Shown here in pieces: positions 39,661-51,966 of a DNA stretch of 64,000 nucleotides (position 1 is its first letter; each line of letters opens with the position of its first letter). The translations under genes were made by a program, and so were the position numbers. The notes under the pieces were generated by a model. The model made no database searches. It had not been told where the DNA came from and saw only the letters and a list, made by a program, of their open reading frames with translations. Source of the stretch: Parasitella parasitica NRRL 2501 (Eukaryota > Fungi > Mucoromycota); contig MU619318.1 of the NCBI GenBank assembly GCA_025201805.1, positions 88,529 through 152,528 on the forward strand. The letters run 5' to 3'.

Positions 39661-41739
39661 ATGTTCAAGAAACCATTAGCTAATCTCAAATCATTCAGTC
39701 CATTACGTTCATCAGACCGAAGAAGATTCCAAAATGAAGCTTATGAAGCTTATCCTTCCGTAAAAGAGATTTGCACAGCTGAAGAAGGCGCGTCTCATCT
39801 GATGCCTGAGGATCTTCGTTCTGCAAAGTTTATATCACATACCGGTACAGCAGGCGTTCTATATAAACATGAGAAGCAAGCATTGTGGATTTCGTTGGAA
39901 AATCTACCACCAATTCCCAGCGGTAAGCTGTGAATCTCGCGAAATGTCAAATGGAATCTAATTTTTTTTTTTTTTCGCCATTAGTCTACACCATGTGGCA
40001 GTTTCCTGACATGTTGCCAAAATTGTATACTTGGGGTCCTGTAGTACGCAAATTGATGGATGGAGCTGGTATTTTATATGCAAAAGTCAAATATTCATCT
40101 CATGAATAACTAAATAATTGGTGATAGATCTGATGATTCCAGGCCTTGTGTTTGGCCCTGAAGGTAAACTGCCAGATCTCAATACTGGTGATTTAGTAGC
40201 AATTACAATCAAAGGATATTCGTGAGTTGACAGCATGGATACTGTTTTATTACGAGTGTTCATGTTTTGCGTCTAGTACCCCACTTGCTATCGGTACAAT
40301 GGCATTGCCTACATCAAATATTACACCACGCTCTGGAATGAAAGGGAAAGCAGTGTACATAATCCATGTATACAAGGACTTTTTATGGGCAATGGGCGAC
40401 AAATCAGGACCGCCTGAACTGGAGAGCATTTCAGATGATGAATACCAGGAAGAAGCCGATGAAGAAGAGACGACCGAGCAGACAAAAGATACGGATGTAA
40501 TTGTCGAAAAAACACAAGAGATATCCATCACGCCTGATACTACGACTAGCTCAAAGCAATTGACAACAGATGGTAAACACAAACTGGGACACAAGCATTC
40601 TGGGATTAACAACGATACCATAGAAATTGATGAATGGCTCATGAAGTCTCTACATCAAGCTCTAGTGTTCAAAATCAAGCCTGAGAATGCGTCCAACATA
40701 TTGCCTCTATCAGCATCCTCTTTTTATTCAGCCTATATTATGCCATGCAGACCATTGACTGTGGGAGCAGAGATTGATATTAAAAAATCAAGCTGGAAAA
40801 AACTTCAAAAATTCTTGAAAGTTGTTGATAAATCAGGATTGTTGAAAACAAAGGAACAGCGAGGCGAAACCATGGTGATTTCGATCAATCACTCGCATCC
40901 CAGTTTACAGGATGTACGTAGATACAAGACGATGGAGTCTGCATCAGCGCAAGCAGCCAATGCAAAAGAACTTGCCGCAAAAGAAGCTGCTACTGCTGTC
41001 AAAGATGCAGATGCTGCTAAATCTAAAAGTTCACTGCCAAATCAAATTGAAATTCAAGAAATCTTCAAGCCTCTTGGAAACAGCTTGCAAAGACTCTTTG
41101 AAGAAGCCAAGCACGATAAAGATGGTTTGTATACAGTTCCCCAAGTGCGCCAAGTGATGATGGACTATATCAAAGACCACAATTCAGTAGATCCTCAAAA
41201 CCAAAAGTAAGTGCTCCTAGGCAAACCTACCACGTACAAAGAGGCAGTGGCTGAAACGAGTGCACAGAATGATAAATATAGATCCAGTATTATGCGATGC
41301 TATTTTGACCAAGCAAGAATACAATTCAATCAACAAATTAACCAGAGACCAGATTTTGCATAGAATTTGCCAAAAGATGCAGCCATTTCACTCGATCAAG
41401 CTTCCTGGCAAAGATGCAGTGCTCAAAAAGGGGCCCTGTAAGCCTATTGACATTGTTCAGGAGGTGAGACAAGGGAGGAAAACCATCACAAAAGTAACAG
41501 GCGTAGAGGGATTCGGCCTAGATGTCGAGGAACTATGCAAAGAGCTGACTCGTTTATGCGCCAGCAGTGCAACGTATAGTCCCATTCATGGCGTCAGTCC
41601 AAAGAACCCTTTGCATGAAATCATGGTTCAAGGGCCCCAAATCAAGAACATTACACATCTTATTGTTAACAAGGGCGTTCCTGCACGCTTTATTGACACT
41701 GAGGACAAAACCGCAAAGAAAGGAAAGGGGAAAAAATAA
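39661..41739 (+). CDS. TMA64: Translation factor eIF2D / ligatin (Tma64)
   Basis: MFKKP..LRSSDRRR, PSVYTMW, GADLMIPG (PUA), IKKSSWKKL, SWIB-like region, SUI1 domain (RQGRKTITKVTG..EIMVQG). Confidence 0.93.
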
Positions 41740-41744
41740 ACGGT

Positions 41745-42598
41745 TTATTTCAAAAGTTCTTCTCGGTCTAGCACTTCTTTATCTAATTTGATCAAAATCG
41801 TTGTTCTTTGAGGAAAGCCGTCTTGAGGTACAGTGTGTGCAGTGACGCGAGCCGGCTGTTACGAGAACATATGAGTATACGAATGTGCAAGTGTTTGTGT
41901 ACAATACCCACAAACTGATATCCATCCAACACTGCTTCTACAATGCCGGCAACAAAGGCATTGCAATTGAGCTGTGAAAGCTCTTTCGGAACAGATATGT
42001 ATCTTGTGAGCACTGGCTCATTATCCGAGATCATGTCTAACCAATATTCACTGTCAAAGGCCGTCAATCACTATTGATTTTTTGCATCACATCTTACATT
42101 CATCCTCATTCTCGGTACTCTTTTCAAGCGAATCTGCCTGCTTTCCGAACAATGCCTTCCAAACTGTACTGTGAATAAAATAGAGAACGTTGAGCACTTT
42201 GATCTCTCTTTTGGCAACTTTCTCTCTCCATGCCAACAATTCCAGCACACGGAAACCAACACGATAACCAAATTCATTCAATCTGTGATTAATCATCGCA
42301 CTTAGTGATTGTGATGTAACCAGGCCAAGCTCACCTACTTTCTCTCCAGGTCCTGGATCCCGTTGACCCTTTTCTGAGCATACTGTAGCATTTCTGAAAA
42401 CAGAAACGTTTGTGCACTCAGGCTCACCTACACGGAAGTTGCAAAATATCAATGAGTGCGCGTGTAGCCTCCAGTACTACCTACTTCAGCTCCCTTGCTC
42501 TTGTTTAGATTCTTTTCCAGGATGCTATTAGTACGATTGATGCGACGATCGCTGTAAATAGAAGATTGCATGGAAGGCCTTGGTGGTAGATCACTCAT
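41745..42598 (-). CDS. TRS31: TRAPP complex subunit Trs31/TRAPPC5
   Basis: [62 protein letters not shown]. Confidence 0.95.
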
Positions 42599-42884
42599 TG
42601 TAGCTGGTTAGTATTGGCCTTGGTCTTTAAAGAAAAGAAAGAACCGTTTTTTACCAAGGAAGGTTTACCGCTCAATAAACCCACACATGCCATTTGATTG
42701 GCTACCCAGTTGCAACTATGGTTCCAATGCAATTTTAAGTTGTTGTCATAATGAAGCATGAACAGGCCCTTTGTATATTAATTTCAATAATGAGACATCA
42801 CTCCAATATTATATAAATATGAAGCCAATAATTGAGCTTGGTACCCCCACTTTTATATCAACTAGACAATAATTAACTTGTGAA

Positions 42885-44781
42885 ATGAGCAGATTAACTT
42901 TTCCTAATAACATTCTGTCAGCTGCTAGTAGCTCTAGAGACTACATGGATATCAGAAATATCATAGCACGAGATGGAGAGAGTGATACTCAAAATGATAA
43001 TACTGCCATCACTAATGAGAGACAGTTTTCCAGTACCGTTTCTGGAAGTAGTAATAATCACTCTGACAACAACAGTAATCTGGACGACAATAATAATGAT
43101 GATGACGATGAAGGGGATGAGAGTAGTAGTCAACAGGAAGAATCAGATGATACCGATAATGATGATGGGACACTTGGTTTTCGACGTCTTCGTGGCCTTA
43201 CTAACCTGCGTCAAACCCCTTTTGCAAACAAGATCGATTTGGCTGCTGATTATCAAGACTCTACCATCATTTTGAGCTCTGATGACTCATTCGGTGCAGC
43301 CTCAAACTTGATTAAAACAGTGGCGACAGCGCCGCATACAAACGAACAACCAAATGAAGAAGGTAACGTATTGCACACAACTAATCTGTGTAAATTTTGC
43401 TTATTGGTGGTACATGTATCTCATTTATGTCTGTAGACGAATTTAGAGATGGCTGGCTTGTCAGACGTCATGCCAATATTGGCTAGTAAGTTGCATTTGC
43501 ACCATTTCTGAGTCTGTGTATGCAGTAGCTCATTTCAACTCGTTTATAGTGCCACTATCAGACTTGGTGCTAGGGGAATTGTTAGAGGTATTGATATTGA
43601 CCTTACTGGTTATACCCAATGCGCACCGTTGTCAGCGAGCGTCCATGGGTTTTTGGCAGGTAGCCCTGACAATGTACGTTTATAAACAAGCCATCAACGA
43701 TTGCTAGACTAAAAACTTCTACAGTGGGTTTCCTTGGTAGACGATGCCATGCTTGTAGCCAATTCTCATAATTTTTTTGAGATTAGAAACAACACTTTTG
43801 TGCACTCGTATATCAATATCACTGTTACTCCTGGTGGCGGTGTTGTAAGTATTCATGTCTATGCTTGGCGTGTTGGTTTTGACTGTTTGATAGACAAGGC
43901 TTCGTTGCTATGGTGACGTTGAGCCTATTGATGCTATGAATCGCTTGGAATTCAACTTGGCTTCCAGTAAACTTGGCGCTGAGATCTTACAGCAGCCGGC
44001 CGACATTGTTAGAGGCGAATTTCCAAATCTTATCCTTAACCGCAAGGAGTCCAAGTGAGTATATTGAGTATCGGAATAGTCGAGTATGCACATGCTGACT
44101 AATTCAATAGTCAAGATGGGTGGATTAGTCCTCGTAGAAGAATCGCATCTCCCGGTGGGTCTGAATATACTATCATAAAGTTGGCTGGTGAAAGCGCTAT
44201 TGATCGATTTATAGTGGATACTGTACATTTTGTTGGGAACGCACCACAAAGTATATGTCTGGAAGGTTGCCATATTGCTGAACAGGTATACATTCAATAC
44301 AAGATAATATGAGTCAAATAGCTAATATCATCATAGGGTGGTACGGCGGTGACCCTTCGTCGTCTGAGAAACGCTTACTGGAGAAACTTGATTTCTGCAG
44401 ACCAGAGAGATAATGCTATTTTCCCGAATACCTGCAATGTTCTTGGATGTACCTATAATGGACCAATCACACACATTAGATACCGTCCTATTCCAGGTAA
44501 AGTATGAGTCGTTTACACCAACTCGTGCAGAAACAAAGCGATTTTCATCATGTACTAAACGTTAAATGTTTCCACTCATAGACGGTGGTGTGCAACAAAT
44601 TATTGTCAAGGGATACATCTTTGATAGTAAGCCAGAGGTACCACAAAAACTACCGCAACAACCAAAAGCAAGCTTGGGTCCTCACAAGAAAAGAAAACGC
44701 AACGACGAAAACCAAGATGCTCAAGAGGAATGCAGAAGAAAATCTTCTCGAACAAAAAAACCTGTATTAAGATTTCAATAG
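42885..44781 (+). CDS. Divergent allantoicase-repeat protein, 8 exons
   Basis: Two repeats: DLAA..SDDSFGAASNLIK/DGWLVRRH/GIDID/PGGGVTRLRCYG and NLASSKLG/DGWISPRR/VDTVHFVGNAP/THIRYRPIPDGGV; acidic N-terminus, basic C-terminus. Confidence 0.8.
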
Positions 44782-44899
44782 ACTTGAGACATGAATATAT
44801 ATAATAATCGCGGTATACGGTGGTGGTAGTAAAAGTACATAATTTATTTTTTTTTAAAACTTGAAAATTAGAATTTATCTATAATAAAAATGCTATAAA

Positions 44900-45665
44900 T
44901 TAAGATGATTTGGCAGCGGCTAAAGCAGCAGCTTGAGCGCCTGCAAAAGAATCCATGATATGAGCATAAACAGGCAAACGCTTATAAAACAAAGCAGCCA
45001 TACCAGTGATGTCTTTGCGCCAATCGCGGCCTAATTCACAAGCAACACCAAACCAGTTCATGAGTTGAATACCGGCTTGTTGCATTCTTAACCATGAAGC
45101 ATCACGGACAGCCTCAGAGAAGGTACCAGAAGCATCTGTAACAACAAAGACCTCATAGCCGGCCTTCTTTGCAGAAAGAGCAACAAAAGTAACACATACA
45201 TCAGTGACAATACCTGAAATAATCAATTGCTTTCTGCCAGTGTCCTCAATAGCCTATAAAGATGCTTGTTCAATTGATGCCCTATGTGTGTTGTGTATTT
45301 AATGAACATACCTTTACAAATCTTTCATCATCCCAAGCATTGATCTGGCCAGGTCTAGCAATGTAGGCTGTGGGTTCAGGGAACAAGTTCTTGAGCTCTG
45401 GGAGCAAGACGCCGTTAGGGCCGTCTTCACGAGAGGTAGTCAAAATAGTAGGAACATTAAAGTACTTTGCAGATTCTGCAAGGCCCATGACATTGTTCAA
45501 ATAAGTGTCAGGATTGTAGTCGTTGACCAAGTTCAAGAGTCCAGTTTGATGGTCAACGAATAAAAAGACGGCATCATCGACGTTAAGACGATCATAGAAA
45601 TCGGCAGTGACGGAAGAGATCAAAGCGGCAGCACCGACAAAGGCAGTAGTGAGAGAGAAACGCAT
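44900..45665 (-). CDS. YcaC-like cysteine hydrolase (isochorismatase superfamily) with signal peptide
   Basis: LFVDHQTGL, PTILTTS..GPNG, ARPGQINAWD, GIVTDVCV, DASGT, ELGRDWR; one intron. Confidence 0.93.
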
Positions 45666-47887
45666 TTTAAGAAAAGACGAACGTAAGTTGGATTTGCTTG
45701 AAATAGGATCTGTATTTATACTATCCAGTAGATCGAACTTCCACCTTTTTAGTAACAATTTTTCGGCGCACTGATTAGGAAATACCGATGTAAAATTCAT
45801 ATTGATACTCGGTAAATGTCGATTTTATATCCAGTGTGTTTGTTATTGATTTTTCCCTCATATGGACCTATGTACATGAGAATTAAAAACCCACGTTTAC
45901 AAGGTTTGCCTGTTTCATATCATACGTTGACGCCTCCGCCTTTTCCTCGTTGTTTTTTTTTTTTGTTACCTGGAGACTTCGTCAAGATGTACTGTAATAA
46001 TGGATTATACATTTAAGACATATATGCTTGGTAATCCGGCAGTTGGATATGTACAATCACTAATGTAATTGACAGCATCTTCATGCTCGGATCCTGATAA
46101 GCTTTACAGGTTCTTTTAGTTATTAGTAAATTTAACTATCATGCAGTAATATGTAAAGTTTGTTTATACTAATTGCTGACAAAATATTTGTAAGTTACTC
46201 AACCGCTGCTTTATAATCTTGTCCTCAACGCCTCATTTCTTACTTTGTTCCTGAACTTCCATTTTCATCGAGCTAGGTCAAATGCGTTTGTGTGTTGATC
46301 GAAAATCTGGATTTACTTTTTATTTTTAATATAATGTAAAGAACAAATTTATAAGATACGTTTATTAAAATCTTGTCCACGAAAGTTGTTAATGTATATT
46401 TTATACCACTAAAAGCCTTTAAAAAATTTGAAAACTAACCTCTTTTTAGTTTAGGATTAGGCATCTTAATAAGTAAAAATGGACTACGTTGAGTAAATTC
46501 CTGACGAAAACTAATAATTTCATGGCTGAGGTATTGTAGAGCTTGCTGAGGTCGCTGTTGAGTTCGGGGGGGGGGCACTTTGCAATTGAGCAAGGTGCAG
46601 CGAACTTCTTTCTTTTTTTTTTTTTTCAGCTCTGAATATGCCAGTATGCAAATTTTACACATGACGAACTTACGACTTTAACAACAAAGAGATGGAGTAC
46701 AATGTTAACTTGGTTGAAGAACGATATCATAACAGCTGTACCAATATTATTCCAAATTTTTCAAAAATCAACAGCCTTGTTGATCTGTTTATTTCCCTTG
46801 ACTAAATAAACTCGTCATGTAACATTTAAGACAAGATCAATAAAAAGACATGCGGCACATAAATGCAATATTTTCAGCTAAGGTTCCTCGCGGACAAAAC
46901 ATTCGTGTTGTATTAATATTTGTATTGATCATCAAGACATGCAGAGTTATTTTTATTTTATCTTTACATCTATTGTTCAGACTGATTTCCGTTCCTGAAC
47001 GGAAAATTATATGAAATAAATTCTCCGGGACAAACGTTGTGGATTGTTTGACTATCCACACAAAATAATACACTTGAAAAGCTTTCAAGCAACTGAAAAT
47101 ATCGTGCCTGCCATTGACTAATTAAGTAGCGAAAAAAAAGTCTAGTAAATAAGGCGTTACAGTAAAATAATAATTAGCCATTAAATTATATTTTATGCAA
47201 TAAATCTCAGTATTTTTTAATTGCAACGAGCTTTTTCGACTAAAGGTACGTATTTGGCAATTTTATTATCAAGCATAGCTGTTTAACTATTTGGCTCAAA
47301 AAATCTATAAATTATGCCCTCCAAGTTGTAGGAAATAACTTACACATGAACCTTCCTGCCTTACGCTTGGTGATTGCAGACATTTATATATGCTCATTGG
47401 GCGCTTTATGGTGTTCTATTACTAATTATAGTTATTTGGAGAACTAAATGCAAGGATTTGGGTTTATTATATATGATTTTGGTACAAATTATATATGCAT
47501 TCAAACAGAAAGAGTTGTTTACAGCAATAACCGAATAATCTGTTTTTCGACTAAAAATTTGCTATATGTTTATATGACGAATCAAGTCATTGTGCCCAAT
47601 TAAAGTTATAGAATGATGTGATATAGCGATGCATGAGATATACGATGCCTTAAAATGTCATAAAGAGTCAATTCATTAAATATATTTCTTTTCAAAAGCC
47701 ATACAAATTAGGCCAATGTTTTCCGCGCTATCAAAAAATCCCCCCTTTAGATCAACAATGGGTTCTATTTTAACGCCTTGTTGGATACAATGAAATCAAA
47801 TGCTTATAAGAATACAAAGACGCTTGCTTTGATGTATCATATACCTCTTTTTTTTTTATCAGCTACTATTTTATTTAATTTAACACT

Positions 47888-49060
47888 ATGGTCTGCGTGC
47901 CTTTTTTTATGTGGACGGCAATTATTGTTGTAATAGCGCTTCTCGCCACTCCAAACAATGTTATAGTAATCTCATCTTTGCGATTCCTTGCGGAAAATAA
48001 TCCTATAACCCTCATAAAAAACCTGATTCAAACGTCTTCTTTTCAAGTTCCAACAAATTCACAGCGAAATACTATTGTAAAATCCAATTATCCTACTGCC
48101 TCTGATGCTGTTTTTGGTGATCAAAAACCTGTTTGGAAACCTGCAGAATCGGACGACGACTACAACAACGATTATAGCAGCGGTGATGACGAACAATTTG
48201 ATTCAGGACCCACTATGGATGCTCATTCTTTTCCCTATCTCGAATATTTACAAACGATGTTGGAGTCTGTTCGTTTTCTTGCATTCAATGCATGGCATGA
48301 TCCTAGGATTTTTATCCAACCTGAAGCTTCACTTGTACCTAAAGAGGATGAGTCTGCCACCAAAACTGAAGAATCCGAGAGATTGGCAAAAATTTGCGAG
48401 GTTTTACTGCTCTCTGGTATCGAATATAGTGCTTGCGACTCGTTGGTTATTCCAATTGCAGAAAATGTGATGGAAATTGTCACTTCTCCCTGGACAGAAG
48501 CTGATGAGCATGGCATCAGGTGGAAAGAGATTAAAGAAGGTACTCATCCGCATAATCTATGACATTTGTCTCTTTGCATAACAGTATCTCTCTACTCAGG
48601 CAAAGATCAAGGTTGTCTCTACTTTTTAAAGGCTAGTGCAGTCCCTCTCAAAATGTCCACATCTCCCAATGAAGATGGCAGCACAAAGTTGAGCTACTAT
48701 ACAAAGAATACAATTGGCAGTAAGTTCGAAAATCTTAAAGTCCCAACATGTACACTGACATGACACGCCTTAGAATATTGCCCAGATGGTGAAAACGACG
48801 AGGAAGCAAAGCGGTTCTTTGAAGATCTTTCGGACGAGGTCAAGCCGTCCAAGATCTCCACATTTCTCAACACAAGACTCTTTTATAACTACACAGTGTT
48901 TGATATGCTGGAGTTTCACTTATTGATGGATGCTTGTCTGATTGCTCTTTATAGACATTTTAATCACAATGGTCTTGGTCAACCTACCAGCCGATCACTC
49001 CTAGGATTTATCGTAACGTACTCATTTTGCTACTTTATTTACTTTTGGATTTTCAAGTAA
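47888..49060 (+). CDS. Hypothetical membrane protein (3 exons)
   Basis: Open frame joined through GT-AG introns at ~48540-48583 and ~48720-48773; hydrophobic N- and C-termini. Confidence 0.7.
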
Positions 49061-49757
49061 AATGCAGTCGTTTATATAATGGCAACACTGATGAAACTAC
49101 TTTAATAAATAATAGACAAAAACAATAATATGTGCTAATAACGCAAAATACATGATCTGGGCTTGATGATGAATGTATTGTTTGTTATTACCAATGTTCA
49201 AATGTGTGTAAATGACTGCAATTTCCCAAGTTTTTTTTTTCTTTCGAAAATGCAGTAGATTAGGATATAGATACTTGTCTAATTTGTAGGTAAAAACGAT
49301 GATATATAACGAATTTACGTTTAAATCTTATTTTTGGGTAGTCATATCAATTGACATTGGTGTTTTATACCATTACAAGACACTACTGTGGGAAATCACG
49401 CGTGCCAGTCTAAACTAATGTGGTACAACTAGTTCTTGATGGGGTATAATAGGGTTATCAAATATGGAGTTTGGGACATTACGCAACCCGAAAATTGATG
49501 AAAAAGGCTATGCAACTGGACCTGGGGTATTTCAGATGAAGCAAAAGATCGTTCGCATGTGATTTTAGAATAAAAGGCATAATTCTGTAGTTCATTTAAC
49601 TGCCTCAACATGTGACGGAACGCTCGTTTTGTACCTATCAAGATGACAAAATTCATATGATTCGATAACTTATAAATATTTCAAATATTTTTTTCCCTGC
49701 AGAATATTATTACCCTTCTCCTTTTCATTAATAAAAAAAAAAAAACTCTAAGCAACT

Positions 49758-50147
49758 ATGTCTGATATCGTCGTCCCTGGATTCAAGAGCTCCGAGCTCA
49801 TTGCAGATTTAAGCAAGGCTTTCGATGGTTTTAGCTCTGAAGAAAGAGCCAAGTTGGTCAAACAAGTCAATGGTGTCTTCCAATTTGTCATCAAGAACAG
49901 CGAAGGAAAGGAGGAGATTTTTACTGTCGATGTCAAGAAAGAAGGAAAAGTTGTTCGCGGTAAAGGTAACGTCAAGGCTGATGCCATTTTGACCTTGAAA
50001 GATGGTGATTTTGTCGATTTGGCTACTGGCAAGTTGAATGGCCAAAAGGCTTATATGAGTGGTAAACTCAAGATCAAGGGTCAAATTATGCTCGCTATGA
50101 AACTCGATAACGTCTTCAAGGCTGTTAACCCTACTGCTAAGCTCTAA
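49758..50147 (+). CDS. Sterol carrier protein 2 (SCP2/POX18-like), peroxisomal
   Basis: DFVDLATGKLNGQKAYMSGKLKIKGQIMLAMKL; PTS1 -AKL; strong codon bias; TATA at ~49670. Confidence 0.95.
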   Translation: MSDIVVPGFKSSELIADLSKAFDGFSSEERAKLVKQVNGVFQFVIKNSEGKEEIFTVDVKKEGKVVRGKGNVKADAILTLKDGDFVDLATGKLNGQKAYMSGKLKIKGQIMLAMKLDNVFKAVNPTAKL

Positions 50148-50931
50148 ATTGTAAAATATAATATATACATACACTACTCTTATATCTGTTTGAAAAGAGA
50201 TGAATCAACTGCTATTGTATCCATTTGATCATTCAATGCTTCAATGGTTTGGTAATTCCAAAACTACCACGACCTAATAAATGCTATTAATGTTATGAGC
50301 CAACAATCTCTAGTAAGAAAACGAAAATATAGCGCAATGCATTGGCATAATTTATGGAAGAGTTATTTCTACGCAGATCGATTCAATATTTTTATGTATT
50401 ATGCTTTAGGCTTCGGATGACCACCGATCGAGCCCGTTGATTCAAAATTATGATTATGTATAATCTCTGGTGTCGTTTGCTTGATGATGAATTCATAGCA
50501 GTGCATACGGCAGTAATAGTATAAAGTGGATAGCGATATGCAAATATTGGAATAATCAGGTGTTAAATATTTATTTGTGGAAAAGTATTTGAACATTCAT
50601 GATTGATTCACAAGTATCTGCTCAGCATTCATTTATCTTTTTATATAAAACACTAATCAGAATCCATGTCAATCAATAAACTGAACTTTTGTATCATTAT
50701 TGTCAGCAAAAACTGGAAAGTTCCAGTGAGTTCGCACCCAATGCTCCATACTTCTGGTAATGCTCTTTGCTGCTTTTTGTGACCCTTTGAATCGAAACCA
50801 GCGTCACGGTGCCGCTTCACAAATAAGAAAAAAAAGGGTATAAATTCAGTCAGTTTATCAAGACCCTCCTCTTGCTTTCCTTTCATCAAAAAACAATAGA
50901 AAATTTTTGGAAGAGAGAAAAAAAACAGAAA

Positions 50932-51733
50932 ATGGCAAACCTAGAGCAGCAGCAACAGCAACACCTAAACGCAAAGTCTCATCTTATTTCAGTAAAAGAC
51001 ATGCATCCAATGAGTCGAAATGTTGATTGCGAAGTTCTAGTTCTTCAAAAAGGTAAGCGCTGGTTTCTTTGTTGGCCATACACAAGATATTCTAATACAT
51101 GATAATTAAAGATGGTGATACCACAATCACACGTGATGGTGATCAAATTAATAGATTCTTAGTAGCTGATAGAACTGCATCGATTCTCCTGAATGTTTGG
51201 GGTGAAGCTGGCGAATACATCCAAGGTGGAGATATTTTGCGTATTACAGGAGCGTAAGTAAATTGCAAGATTTTCAGTAATTCAAAGTCTGATTTCTTTG
51301 TTTCTCTAGAGATGTTAGACTTCGAAAAGGCCAACTAATCTTGGGAACCACAAAAACCTGTAAAATTAGACGAGTCGGACAAGACACAATGGCATTTGTT
51401 GAGAAGCCCAATATGTCTGAAATATCCTTTCAAAACCACTTTAATAATAATGCTAGTAACTGGTCTAGAAATGATCAACAGCAGCAGCAGCAGCAGCACC
51501 AACACCAACAACAGCAACCCTATAAGCAATCAAATCGTATACCCAACAATAATAATAGACAAGCGAGAGGATATCAGAATCATCCATACAATAATAATTC
51601 TGTAAACAGTAGTAATAATAATCATCGAGGAGGGGGCGGAAGTGGACTAGGAGGAGGAAGAAGAGGACAGTACCATGATAATAATCGAGGAAGAGGCGGA
51701 AGATATCAACAAGGCATTGATAATCCAGTTTAA
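50932..51733 (+). CDS. SOSS complex subunit B / hSSB1 (NABP)-like OB-fold ssDNA-binding protein
   Basis: VKDMHP..NVDCEVLVLQKD..TITRDG, VADRTASILLNVWGE..IQGGDILRIT, IRRVGQDTMAFVEKPNMSE; 2 introns; Q/N/RGG tail. Confidence 0.88.
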
Positions 51734-51966
51734 TGGGCCTTGTTCTGAGATTTTCTTTGTATTATGTGTGTATATATAAATAGCTGCAACAATAATGAAT
51801 TGAGTGTGTATGCGTATGTGTCTGTATATATGTGACTAAAACAACACTTATTTATACCATACTTGCTTCCCACTGTATCTTCTTGATTCATCTCTCTTTC
51901 TTCCACTCCTCCATCTTCCGTTTATATCACTTCATTATTATCATTATTACTACTACTATTACTACA

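Noticed and set aside
51421-51430. ATATCCTTT U12-type donor-like sequence
   Set aside because: It lies within an open coding exon of SOSS-B, and the frame needs no intron there. All introns I modelled are GT-AG.
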